DNA of 32,000 nucleotides from Trichlorobacter lovleyi SZ. Its GTDB lineage: Bacteria > Desulfobacterota > Desulfuromonadia > Geobacterales > Pseudopelobacteraceae. Within the stretch, counting starts at the first letter, position 1. Every line of letters begins with the position of its first letter. Under the pieces are notes generated by a model. That model was not told the origin of the DNA, searched no databases, and saw nothing but the letters and a program-made list of their open reading frames with translations. The stretch spans positions 3,300,001 to 3,332,000 of the forward strand of contig NC_010814.1 in assembly GCF_000020385.1 (NCBI RefSeq), written 5' to 3'. The position numbers were made by a program, and so were the translations under genes. Positions 9,007-16,766 of this stretch are shown here, in pieces.

Positions 9007-9077
9007 TCGTTACTGCATTCTGTCAGCTGGATAGCGTCATGCCGGCACGCCGGTAACCTGCTGCACGGTTGGCTGTC

Positions 9078-9464
9078 CTAGCCTTCCTGAGCAGCCTCTG
9101 CAGCGCCGCCTTCCATAAATTCCTGTTGTGCCTTCATAATGGCCTGCATCTGGCCCAGTTGCTCCCCCAGCCAGGCGTGGATCATGGCAGCGGTCTGGAA
9201 GTTCATGGTCACGCCGGTTTCAATGAAACGGACCATGGAGCCATTCAGGTTTTTGGGATCAGACTCAACCAGGGCGCCGATACCGCCTTCCGGGGTGATT
9301 TCGTGGGTCAGCTCCTTGGGCAGCGCAGGACGCTCCTGGTAGAAATGCATGACCAGTTCACCCCTGGGGCTGAAGCCGCCCTGCACACCATTGGTATAGA
9401 CCGGGTTATAGCTGTAGTTGTAGATGTAGTTAAAGTTGATCTCCGGCTTGCGCTGATGACTCAT
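9078..9464 (-). CDS. Small cytoplasmic protein, DUF3467-like (128 aa)
   Basis: RBS GAGGAAGGA lies upstream of the ATG at 9464; the ORF-track start at 9569 would run through a terminator hairpin. The family call comes from remembered DUF3467 features (aromatic-rich N-terminus, ...GELVMHFYQ...) and is not verified. Confidence 0.6.
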   Translation of the reverse strand: MSHQRKPEINFNYIYNYSYNPVYTNGVQGGFSPRGELVMHFYQERPALPKELTHEITPEGGIGALVESDPKNLNGSMVRFIETGVTMNFQTAAMIHAWLGEQLGQMQAIMKAQQEFMEGGAAEAAQEG

Positions 9465-9540
9465 TGTGGTTCCTTCCTCATGGCTTGAATGTGCAACAAA
9501 GGCCCGATTGTATAGCATATTTCCGCACTGTCTGACAAGC

Positions 9541-9588
9541 GCAAGAAAAGACAGGAAAGGCCCGGTCAAAAACCGGGCCTTTCCTGTC
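9541..9588 (-). terminator. Rho-independent terminator after the tandem small-peptide genes
   Basis: A perfect 16-bp stem: gacaggaaaggcccgg (9550-9565) pairs with ccgggcctttcctgtc (9573-9588). On the minus strand it is followed by ttttcttgc. Confidence 0.75.
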
Positions 9589-9619
9589 TCGCGGCCTGCC
9601 TGATGTCGGGATGCTTTTC

Positions 9620-9766
9620 TTAACCGATCAACCGGCTTCCGATATGACTGAGGGCCGGCCAGGCGATGTTGAGGGCAGCACCGGCGGCAAACATGCCGAA
9701 GACCACCAGGGTCCTGCCGATATACTTACGGTCATTCAGGTCAGAGTAACTCAGTTTTGCTTTCAT
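9620..9766 (-). CDS. Small membrane peptide, 48 aa (MKAKLSYSDLNDRKYIGRTLVVFGMFAAGAALNIAWPALSHIGSRLIG); absent from the ORF track
   Basis: I translated this by hand. RBS GGAGGAT lies 6 nt upstream of the ATG. It has one C-terminal TM segment and is a paralogue of the 9812-9964 peptide. Confidence 0.6.
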   Translation of the reverse strand: MKAKLSYSDLNDRKYIGRTLVVFGMFAAGAALNIAWPALSHIGSRLIG

Positions 9767-9811
9767 GGCTGTATCCTCCGGTGTACGCAGCGCAGCAACC
9801 TGCAGCGTTGA

Positions 9812-9964
9812 TTAGTTGAACAGGCTGGCAAGACCGCTGATGGCACCTGCTGCCGACCAGGTAATGAAACCGCCCAGGAATACTGCTACGCCTGCAAAGA
9901 TTGCCAAGCTGCCTTTTGCGGTGGTTTCTGCCAACAGGACCGAGAAATTGTTTTTTGCTTTCAT
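9812..9964 (-). CDS. Small membrane peptide, 50 aa (MKAKNNFSVLLAETTAKGSLAIFAGVAVFLGGFITWSAAGAISGLASLFN)
   Basis: RBS AAAGGAGGAT lies 5 nt upstream of the internal ATG at 9964. The 172-aa ORF-track version (to 10330) crosses the promoter and repeat region with implausible composition. It shares the MKAK...S.L...G..L..F...A.....I.W.A...I..L pattern with the 9620-9766 peptide. Confidence 0.6.
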   Translation of the reverse strand: MKAKNNFSVLLAETTAKGSLAIFAGVAVFLGGFITWSAAGAISGLASLFN

Positions 9965-10045
9965 GACATCCTCCTTTGGTTTGTTAAACCGTGTGTAGTG
10001 GGTGAACCGGTAATCGTCCGGGTGCGTTGCTTTTGTTTTTACCAT

Positions 10046-10061
10046 TACAAGGCACGTGCCA
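10046..10061 (-). promoter_or_regulatory. Sigma54 (RpoN) -24/-12 promoter candidate for the small-peptide operon
   Basis: The minus strand reads TGGCACGTGCCTTGTA, against the consensus TGGCACG-N4-TTGCW (one mismatch in the -12 box). It lies about 80 nt upstream of the ATG at 9964. Caveat: GGCACGTGCC is itself a 10-bp palindrome. Confidence 0.55.
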
Positions 10062-10172
10062 AAAAGCTGCAGCCCATCAAATATTATTAAAAATAAAGCA
10101 ATTACAGCATATTGCAAAACACCAGCGTCACAAAGCTCCGCACTATGCCGACCGGACGTCCGGCCCGGATAG

Positions 10173-10270
10173 CGTTGCAGATGCAACAGCAACATGCCGC
10201 CCCTTTCTGCAACATGCCAGCCAGACTGACACAACAGCGATCGTTGCATTGCAACAACGCTGCATTGCAA
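10173..10270. promoter_or_regulatory. Cluster of GTTGCA..TGCAAC inverted repeats, a putative enhancer-binding-protein UAS
   Basis: Three sites are present: gttgcaGAtgcaac (10173-10186), gttgcaTtgcaac (10242-10254) and tgcaTtgcaac (10260-10270). They lie 110-210 nt upstream of the sigma54 element, with an AT-rich tract (10075-10110) in between. Confidence 0.45.
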
Positions 10271-10387
10271 CAACGCCCGCCACCATTCCATCAAGATACC
10301 ACGCAGCGCAAAACAGGCGGTCCGGCCCACACCGCAAAACCTGCCTGAACCGTCCGAAACAACAGGCCCTTTTCAGATAAAATCAAA

Positions 10388-10417
10388 TTGACAGCCACCG
10401 GACAGCACTGCTACAAC
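10388..10417 (+). promoter_or_regulatory. Possible sigma70 promoter for the ComEA-like gene
   Basis: TTGACA (10388-10393), an 18-nt spacer, then TACAAC (10412-10417). Confidence 0.3.
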
Positions 10418-10455
10418 CGGCAGCAGAAGAACCCCATGCCAAGGAGGAACCAGCA

Positions 10456-10872
10456 ATGAGAACACTCTGGATCAAGGTTATCACCACCGTTGTTGCCCTA
10501 ACCCTTTCTGCAGCCATTGGCCTTGCCGCAGAACCGGCCCCAAAAGCCGCGGGTGGTGCAAAGGCCCTGGCAAAGACCGGACCGGCCAAACCGGCTGACG
10601 CCAAGGCCCCGGCTGCCAAGCAGGAGCCGGTGGATATCAACAGCGCCAGCGATGCCGAACTGAAGGCCATCCCCGGGCTTGGCGACGCCTACATAGCCAA
10701 AATCGTGGTCAACCGCCCCTACGCCAACAAGGCCCAGCTGGTTTCCCGCAAGGTACTGCCGGAATCAGTCTACGAAAAGATCAAGGACCGGATCATCGCC
10801 AAGCAGATCAAGAAAGAGGATAAAAAGGCCGACCCCAAGGCAGCTGCCAAACCGGAACCAAAGAAGAAATAA
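10456..10872 (+). CDS. Periplasmic helix-hairpin-helix DNA-binding protein, ComEA-like
   Basis: RBS AAGGAGGA is present, with a signal peptide. The HhH motif is DINSASDAELKAIPGLGDAYIAKIV. The protein has Ala/Pro/Lys-rich linkers and a Lys-rich tail. Confidence 0.75.
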   Translation: MRTLWIKVITTVVALTLSAAIGLAAEPAPKAAGGAKALAKTGPAKPADAKAPAAKQEPVDINSASDAELKAIPGLGDAYIAKIVVNRPYANKAQLVSRKVLPESVYEKIKDRIIAKQIKKEDKKADPKAAAKPEPKKK

Positions 10873-10892
10873 TCCGCCGCCCGCCAACACCG

Positions 10893-10919
10893 AAGGGCAG
10901 CCCTCCGGCTGCCCTTTTT
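10893..10919 (+). terminator. Rho-independent terminator
   Basis: gggcagcc (10895-10902), loop ctcc, ggctgccc (10907-10914), followed by ttttt. Confidence 0.75.
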
Positions 10920-10942
10920 CACCTTCAACCCCTGTACCATGC

Positions 10943-10972
10943 TTGACTTTTACCCGGCAACTCCTCTATTGT
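10943..10972 (+). promoter_or_regulatory. Possible sigma70 promoter for hpnJ
   Basis: TTGACT (10943-10948), an 18-nt spacer, then TATTGT (10967-10972). Confidence 0.35.
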
Positions 10973-11003
10973 ATATCATTTCGCCAACAGTCAAGGAGTT
11001 GTA

Positions 11004-12434
11004 ATGAAACCGCTTTTTCTCAATCCCCCTACCTTTGAGGATTTTGATGGTGGCGCCGGTGCCCGTTATCAGGCCTCACGGGAAGTCACCTCATTCTGGT
11101 ATCCCACCTGGCTCTGCTTTCCTGCCGGCATGATTGAAGGCAGCCGCGTGGTGGATGCCCCGGTACAAAAACTCACCCTGGAAGACTGCCTGACCATTGC
11201 CAAAGGATTTGACATGGTGGTGATGTACACCTCCACCCCCACCCTGGCAATCGACATTGAGACCGCCCGCAGGATCAAAGAGGTAAAGCCGGATATCGTC
11301 ACGGTCCTGACCGGCCCCCATGTCTCGATCCTGCCGGAAGAGTCGCTCAAGGCCGGCCACGGCATCATCGACATTGTCTGCCGCGGCGAGTTCGACTACT
11401 CCACCAAGGAGCTGTGCGAAGGGCGCGATTGGTCAAAGGTGGACGGTATCAGCTTTATCAAGGACGGCAAGACGATCCATACCCCGGACCGTCCCCTGAT
11501 TGAGGATCTGGACGCCCTGCCGTTTGTGGCACCGATCTACAAGCGTGATCTGCCGATTTCTGAATACGTGATCCCCCACTTCAAGAACCCCTATGTCTCG
11601 ATCTACTCCAGCCGGGGCTGCCCCTCCAAGTGCATCTACTGCCTCTGGCCGCAGACCTTCTCCGGCCGTCAGATGCGCCTGCGCTCGCCGCAGAACGTCT
11701 ATGAAGAGGTTAAGTGGATTGTGGACAACATCCCGGAGATGCGTGAGCTCTCCTTTGACGACGACACCTTCACCGCCAGCCGGGAGCATGCCCGCAATGT
11801 GGCCAACCTGCTCAAGCCGCTGGGGATCTCCTGGACCATCAACGCCCGGGCCAACTGCGATTACGAGACCCTCAAGGTCATGCGTGAGGCAGGCCTGCGC
11901 CATGTCGTTGTCGGGTATGAAAGCGGCAACGAGCAGATCCTGAAGAACATCAAAAAGGGGGTCACCAAGGAACAGGCGATCCAGTTCACCAAGGATTGCA
12001 AGAAGCTTGGGCTGTCCGTCCACGGCGCCTTTATCATGGGACTGCCCGGTGAGACCAAAGAGACCATCCGCGAGACGATTGAGTACGCCAAGCAGCTGGA
12101 CCTGAACTCGATTCAGGCCTCGCTGGCCTCCCCCTACCCCGGCACCGAGTTTTACACCCTGGCCAAGGAGCAGGGCTGGATCGCCTCCGATGACTTCATC
12201 GACAGCACCGGTCACCAGAAATGCGTGATCAACTACCCCAACCTGACCAACGCCGAGATCTTCAACTCGGTGGAGGAGTTCTACGACAAGTTCTACTTCC
12301 GCCCCAAGTACATCCTGCGCAGCATCGGCAAGATGATCGTGGATGGCGAGGAACGCCGCAAGCTGCTCAAGGAAGGCAAGCAATACCTGGAGTACATGCG
12401 CAAGCGGAAGCAAGGCCAGGCTTGCGAAAGCTGA
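11004..12434 (+). CDS. hpnJ: B12-binding-domain radical SAM protein, hopanoid-biosynthesis-associated HpnJ type
   Basis: The N-terminus LFLNPPTFEDFDGGAGARYQASREVTSFWYPTWL matches HpnJ as I recall it. The radical SAM Cys cluster is CPSKCIYC. The length is 476 aa and a YdjC-type (HpnK) gene follows directly. Antisense ORFs (11433-12413 and others) are shadow ORFs. Confidence 0.75.
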   Translation: MKPLFLNPPTFEDFDGGAGARYQASREVTSFWYPTWLCFPAGMIEGSRVVDAPVQKLTLEDCLTIAKGFDMVVMYTSTPTLAIDIETARRIKEVKPDIVTVLTGPHVSILPEESLKAGHGIIDIVCRGEFDYSTKELCEGRDWSKVDGISFIKDGKTIHTPDRPLIEDLDALPFVAPIYKRDLPISEYVIPHFKNPYVSIYSSRGCPSKCIYCLWPQTFSGRQMRLRSPQNVYEEVKWIVDNIPEMRELSFDDDTFTASREHARNVANLLKPLGISWTINARANCDYETLKVMREAGLRHVVVGYESGNEQILKNIKKGVTKEQAIQFTKDCKKLGLSVHGAFIMGLPGETKETIRETIEYAKQLDLNSIQASLASPYPGTEFYTLAKEQGWIASDDFIDSTGHQKCVINYPNLTNAEIFNSVEEFYDKFYFRPKYILRSIGKMIVDGEERRKLLKEGKQYLEYMRKRKQGQACES

Positions 12435-13288
12435 TTGTCAATGCCGATGACTTCGGGCTCTCCTCCGGCGTCAACCGGGCCGTGGAACAGGCCTGGCAGC
12501 AGGGCATCCTGACCCAGGCCTCGCTGATGCCGGGCGGGGCCGCCTTTGACGAGGCGGTGGCGATTGCCAAACGTAATCCAGGCCTGCAGATCGGCCTGCA
12601 CCTGACCCTGGTACAGGGCAGACCGGTGCTGCCGCCGGAGATGATTCCCGGCCTGGTTGCCGCCAACGGCTGCTTCCCGGACAATCCGGTGGCTGTGGGG
12701 ATGAAGCTGTTCTTTGATCCCACCATCCGCATGCAGCTGCGTTGCGAGATCGAGGCCCAGATCCTCAAGATCAAAGAGACCGGCCTCCCCCTTTCGCACA
12801 TTGACGGCCACCTCAATATCCAGATGCACCCCACGGTTTTTACACTGCTGACCGAACTGATGCCGCTGCACGGCATCACCAGCTTTCGGATTACCCGGGA
12901 GCGGTTGCTTGAAAACCTGCGGATTGATGGCTCCCGCCTGCTGGGTAAAACCATCGAGCGGGGTATCTTCGGCTCCCTGGCTCACTATGCTGAAAACACA
13001 TTCAAACGCCAGGAGATCGAGACTGCGGTGGAGGTCAAGGGAGTACTCAACTCCGGCTGCATGACCGAGGCGTACCTGCTGGCCATCCTTGATCGTCTGC
13101 AACCCGGCACCTCTGAGATCTACTTTCACCCCGGCTGCCTGCCGGATGCCGAGATCAGCCGCCGGATGCCGGACTACAAGCATGCAGAAGAACTGGCCGC
13201 CCTGCTCTCACCCAAGGTGCGGGAACGGCTGCAACAGCTTGAGATTGCATTAACTAACTATCGCGGAGAGACCAAACCGTATGTTTAA
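12422..13288 (+). CDS. hpnK: YdjC-family carbohydrate deacetylase, hopanoid-associated HpnK type
   Basis: The family-typical N-terminus (M)RKLIVNADDFGLSSGVN starts at TTG 12422, in frame with ORF-track 12221-13288. The upstream part of that ORF overlaps hpnJ and is spurious. The conserved string GLHLTL is present. Confidence 0.7.
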   Translation: MRKLIVNADDFGLSSGVNRAVEQAWQQGILTQASLMPGGAAFDEAVAIAKRNPGLQIGLHLTLVQGRPVLPPEMIPGLVAANGCFPDNPVAVGMKLFFDPTIRMQLRCEIEAQILKIKETGLPLSHIDGHLNIQMHPTVFTLLTELMPLHGITSFRITRERLLENLRIDGSRLLGKTIERGIFGSLAHYAENTFKRQEIETAVEVKGVLNSGCMTEAYLLAILDRLQPGTSEIYFHPGCLPDAEISRRMPDYKHAEELAALLSPKVRERLQQLEIALTNYRGETKPYV

Positions 13289-13724
13289 GACCATTGTCAT
13301 TATGCTGCTGGCCGTCACCGCCGGTACGGTCGGCGATATCCTGCTGGCTAAAGGGATGAAACAGCTGGGAGACCTCTCCACCATGAACCTGCGCGGCATC
13401 ATGGAGGTGGCCTTCCGGGCCATGACTGAATGGAAGATAGTGGTGGGCACCGCCATGCTGGCGCTGTTCTTCTTCCTCTGGCTGGCAGTGCTTTCCTGGG
13501 AAGACCTCTCGGTGGCCCTGCCGATGCAGGCCCTCAACTACGTGCTGGTGGCGGTACTGGCAAAATATATCCTGCACGAAGAGGTTTCTCCCTTACGCTG
13601 GGGCGGTATTGCGCTGGTCTGTATCGGGGTGATGCTGATCACCAAGAGCAGCACCAGTGACAAGAAGCCGGCAACAGAACTGGCACAGCCAATCCCAATC
13701 GAAAGCAGAACCGGAGACACCTAA
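13281..13724 (+). CDS. Small 4-TM EamA/DMT-superfamily membrane protein
   Basis: Four hydrophobic segments in 147 aa, with an EamA-like N-terminus (AVTAGTVGDILLAKGMK). The start overlaps the hpnK stop (ATGTTTAA) and the stop overlaps the proC start (TAATG). Confidence 0.65.
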   Translation: MFKTIVIMLLAVTAGTVGDILLAKGMKQLGDLSTMNLRGIMEVAFRAMTEWKIVVGTAMLALFFFLWLAVLSWEDLSVALPMQALNYVLVAVLAKYILHEEVSPLRWGGIALVCIGVMLITKSSTSDKKPATELAQPIPIESRTGDT

Positions 13725-14545
13725 TGTTACTGAACAGCACCGTAGGTTTTATCGGCGGCGGCAACATGGCAGAGGCGATCATCAAAGGCCTGATCTCCGG
13801 CGGCATGGCACCCCGCAACATCATTGTTTCAGACCCGGTCCAGGACCGCCGCGCCCTGCTTGCCTCAACCCTGTCGGTCCGCACCACTGATGAGAACAGC
13901 GAAGTCGCCCAGCAGGCCGAGCTGATCGTACTCTCGATCAAGCCCCAGATGGCAGCCAGCGTGCTCACGGCCCTTGAAAATACGATTACCGCCCAGCAGC
14001 TGGTGCTCTCCATCATGGCCGGCATCTCCACCACCATCATTGAGGAATCGCTCCAGAATGGCGTGCGGGTGGTACGGGCCATGCCCAACACCCCGGCCCT
14101 GGTACAGGCCGGCGCCACCGCCATCTGCGGCGGCAGACGGGCCGGCGAGGCCGATCTTGCCCTGGCCAAAGAACTGTTTAGCCTGGTAGGCACCGTCTAC
14201 CAGGTGGGTGAACGCCAGATGGATGCCGTCACCGGCGTCTCCGGCAGCGGCCCGGCCTATGTCTTCTCCTTCATCGAGGCACTGTCCGATGCCGGGGTCA
14301 AAAACGGCCTGCCCCGCGATGTTGCCACCGGCCTGGCTGTCCAGACCGTACTGGGCTCGGCCCAGCTGCTGCAGCAGAGCAACGAACACCCGGCTGTGCT
14401 GCGAGACCGGGTCAGCTCCCCCGGCGGCACCACCATTGCCGCCCTGCATACCCTTGAAAACGGCCGTCTGCATGGCCTGCTGATGGATGCCGTGGATGCG
14501 GCGGTCAAGCGCTCCAAGGAACTGGCCGGGATCAAGCTGCTGTAG
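13724..14545 (+). CDS. proC: Pyrroline-5-carboxylate reductase
   Basis: Rossmann motif GFIGGGNMAEAII is present, with C-terminal VSSPGGTTIAAL. The length is 273 aa. Confidence 0.9.
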   Translation: MLLNSTVGFIGGGNMAEAIIKGLISGGMAPRNIIVSDPVQDRRALLASTLSVRTTDENSEVAQQAELIVLSIKPQMAASVLTALENTITAQQLVLSIMAGISTTIIEESLQNGVRVVRAMPNTPALVQAGATAICGGRRAGEADLALAKELFSLVGTVYQVGERQMDAVTGVSGSGPAYVFSFIEALSDAGVKNGLPRDVATGLAVQTVLGSAQLLQQSNEHPAVLRDRVSSPGGTTIAALHTLENGRLHGLLMDAVDAAVKRSKELAGIKLL

Positions 14546-14570
14546 TTCTTCGCTTTAAAACTTTTCACTA

Positions 14571-14610
14571 AAAAGCGGGTGCGACCATCATGGTTGCACC
14601 CGCTTTTATT
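14571..14610 (+). terminator. Rho-independent terminator after proC
   Basis: aaaagcgggtgc (14571-14582) pairs with gcacccgctttt (14596-14607), followed by att. Confidence 0.8.
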
Positions 14611-14803
14611 CTTTCATGCTGTCCCACAAAAAACCTTTGTTTGTTATAAAATTTTCAATCTGCTCCCAAAGCCGCTTACCCGCTGCAATATTCTATCTTT
14701 TGAGTTTCACCGCAAGACCACTTTTTCACAGTTCACGAGCAACGAAATCAACATCATTGTCAGCATTATCTGTCCAAGTATAGGTTATCCAAATTGTAGC
14801 CAC
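14606..14803 (-). pseudogene. Degenerate N-terminal stub of a TIR/STIR-like domain gene, with two in-frame stops, truncated at ~65 codons
   Basis: My hand translation of the minus strand, after RBS GAGAGGAGAG, is (V/M)ATIWITYTWTDNADNDVDFVAREL*KSGLAVKLKR*NIAAGKRLWEQIENFITNKGFLWDSMKE*. The pattern hhISYsW.D......fV..L...L...G..V..D..ni..G..lw..Ie..I is that of bacterial TIR-like N-termini. The region is lower in GC. Confidence 0.45.
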
Positions 14804-15013
14804 CTCTCCTCTCTTAAGGACTAGCGGTGTAAGCGCTGATCAGGCTAGCCCTGTTCATCAAAATGGTTTTTCCGGGTCGGGCTGCACCGATGTCAACGCT
14901 AACTCGTACAGCTTGCCTTTTTAGTACAGGGTTGTTGCCGGTACGAGCGGTTCAACTGAGGCTATTTGCGCTTCCCCATCAAAAAAATTCAACAAATTTC
15001 GACCCAAAATTAT

Positions 15014-15211
15014 TCAGGAGCTTTTTACGCCGACAATCACAACCTGTGTAAAATGCAGATCATAGCGGCAACTGGAATCTACCCCTTCCAGGGTCACAGC
15101 ATCGTCAGTAATATTGGTAATAGTCACAAGCTTTTCAGTTCCGTTGCAGGCCGCCACAAACTGTTTGTTGGTGTGTTTGAGTTGTTGCAGCATGGTTAGA
15201 TAAACGCTCAT
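15014..15211 (-). CDS. Hypothetical small protein (65 aa)
   Basis: RBS GAGGTG lies 6 nt upstream of the ATG. The gene sits in the lower-GC islet downstream of the amylase gene. I recognise no family. Confidence 0.4.
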   Translation of the reverse strand: MSVYLTMLQQLKHTNKQFVAACNGTEKLVTITNITDDAVTLEGVDSSCRYDLHFTQVVIVGVKSS

Positions 15212-15310
15212 TTTTTCACCTCATCAGCATCTTGTTGAGCTTTTTTCTTGATCAGCAACCGGACAGCAGCATCGTCAACGGCTTTTTGCGCCTTTCCGGA
15301 CCCCACGGAC

Positions 15311-16636
15311 TCAATCCCCCGAATACAGCCACATCTGCGCCTCGCGGGGTGGAATGGCAAAGACGAAAGTATCGCCGGTCACGTTCATTTCGTGGCCGTG
15401 AATCTGGCAGCGGTATTTTCCCTGCCGCATTCCCCGGGTCCAGATGACCGGATGCTGCCACTTGTTGGTCTTGTTGATGGCGACGATGCCACGATCTCCC
15501 CGGGCAAAGACCAGAAATCCGTCCGCTTCGTACAGAGCACGTTGCGGCATGCCATGCACGGCGTTATGGAAGCGGATCATGGCGGCAATATCGTGACGCT
15601 GCCAGGCATCGGCCCAGCGGTCCCTGTCTTCGGGATAACGGCCGGCGCTCTGGTTGTTGTCGGAATAGACCAGCGGCACCCCGCCGTCCCGTCCCATCAG
15701 ATAGACGTGGGCCAGATATTCATCCTGGGGCTCCAGCAAGACCCCGCGAAAACCATCGTTGTTGGGGATGTCATGGGTGACGGCCACCGTCACCGCCCGG
15801 TACCAGGGCAGGGCCTGACCGAAGGCGGCGGGGTCCACCAGTTCACGCATGCTGCCTGATGGCGCGAATGCCTTGCGCAGGGTTTCCTGCAACACAAAGT
15901 CGTAGCAGGGAAAATCGGTCGTTTTCATCACCGGCCAGAGGAACGTGGCTTCCTGATTATCATTGAAGGTCAGAACCTCGCCGAAAACGAACTTGTCCTG
16001 CATTCCTTCCGTTTCAAATACCGCCTCCAGATGGGCAACCGGCAGATGTTTCAAGGCATCGATCCGGTAACCGGAAAAGCCAAGCCCGTTCAGCGCACTC
16101 AGGCACTCACGCTGCTGCTGCACCACCTTGTCACAGAATTCAAGATCAGGCAGCCCACCCAGACTGCCTTCTTCGACCTCCCATGGGTCATTGTAGTTCT
16201 TTATTTCGCCGAGCTTGTTGAATTCATCCGGTGAGAACAGCCCCTCGTTCAGGTTGCCATACAGGCAATCATCCTTGAATCCCGCCCCTTCTTCTGCACT
16301 CGAGTAGCGTTGCAGCACCGCTTCGCCCGGGAAATTGAAGCGATCTCTGCGGTTCTCATTGGCCATGTGATTGAAGACCACATCCGCATAGGCCCGCACC
16401 CCGCACTTCTTAAGCGCGTCAACAGCACGCTTGAGATCTGCCTTGCGCCCGAGATACGAGCGAATCACACGGTAATCCCTGGGCTGGTAGCGTTGCCACC
16501 ACTCCTGACCATTTTCATCGCTATAGAGCGGCGGTGGAAATAACACCGCACCGAAGCCCATATCCCCGATCCGTTGGGCATTGACTTCGTTATCCTTGTA
16601 GCGCCAGTCAAAGGCGTGCAAAATGACGTCGTACAT
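15311..16636 (-). CDS. Cytoplasmic alpha-amylase-family glycoside hydrolase (GH13)
   Basis: RBS AGGAGA is present. GH13 conserved regions are DVVFNH (I), GYRIDALKH (II), FGEV (III) and VTHD (IV). There is no signal peptide. Confidence 0.85.
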   Translation of the reverse strand: MYDVILHAFDWRYKDNEVNAQRIGDMGFGAVLFPPPLYSDENGQEWWQRYQPRDYRVIRSYLGRKADLKRAVDALKKCGVRAYADVVFNHMANENRRDRFNFPGEAVLQRYSSAEEGAGFKDDCLYGNLNEGLFSPDEFNKLGEIKNYNDPWEVEEGSLGGLPDLEFCDKVVQQQRECLSALNGLGFSGYRIDALKHLPVAHLEAVFETEGMQDKFVFGEVLTFNDNQEATFLWPVMKTTDFPCYDFVLQETLRKAFAPSGSMRELVDPAAFGQALPWYRAVTVAVTHDIPNNDGFRGVLLEPQDEYLAHVYLMGRDGGVPLVYSDNNQSAGRYPEDRDRWADAWQRHDIAAMIRFHNAVHGMPQRALYEADGFLVFARGDRGIVAINKTNKWQHPVIWTRGMRQGKYRCQIHGHEMNVTGDTFVFAIPPREAQMWLYSGD

Positions 16637-16766
16637 AGCAGAATCTCCTATCTGGTTGTTCCCCGGTCATCAACCGGCAGATAACTCCCCGTTACACTCC
16701 GGTAAACACGTGTCCATGGTCAGAGCTATGCGTTCGTACCAGTAGTGCCGTGCCATGGAAAGACCG

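Noticed and set aside
10027-10380. Plus-strand ORFs (117 and 78 aa), and the 172-aa and 64-aa minus ORFs, in the 9965-10455 intergenic region.
   Set aside because: Their Gln/His/Ala/Thr-rich sequences are generated by the caaca/gcaac repeat and palindromes. There is no RBS, and the region is better explained as a regulatory region.
12221-12421. The ORF-track 5' extension of hpnK, overlapping 214 nt of hpnJ.
   Set aside because: The extension is Arg/Gln/Pro-rich. The YdjC family N-terminus (LIVNADDFG) begins right after the TTG at 12422.
11433-13183. Long minus-strand ORFs (326, 296 and 195 aa) opposite hpnJ and hpnK.
   Set aside because: They are shadow ORFs with Leu/Gly/Asp/Val-biased or Arg/Ser/Pro-biased composition. 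The plus frames carry radical SAM and YdjC motifs.
14579-15199. Plus-strand ORFs (81, 62 and 77 aa) in the lower-GC stretch after proC.
   Set aside because: There is no RBS. They start inside or right after the proC terminator and have odd composition. The minus strand gives the TIR-like stub and a 65-aa ORF with good RBSs.
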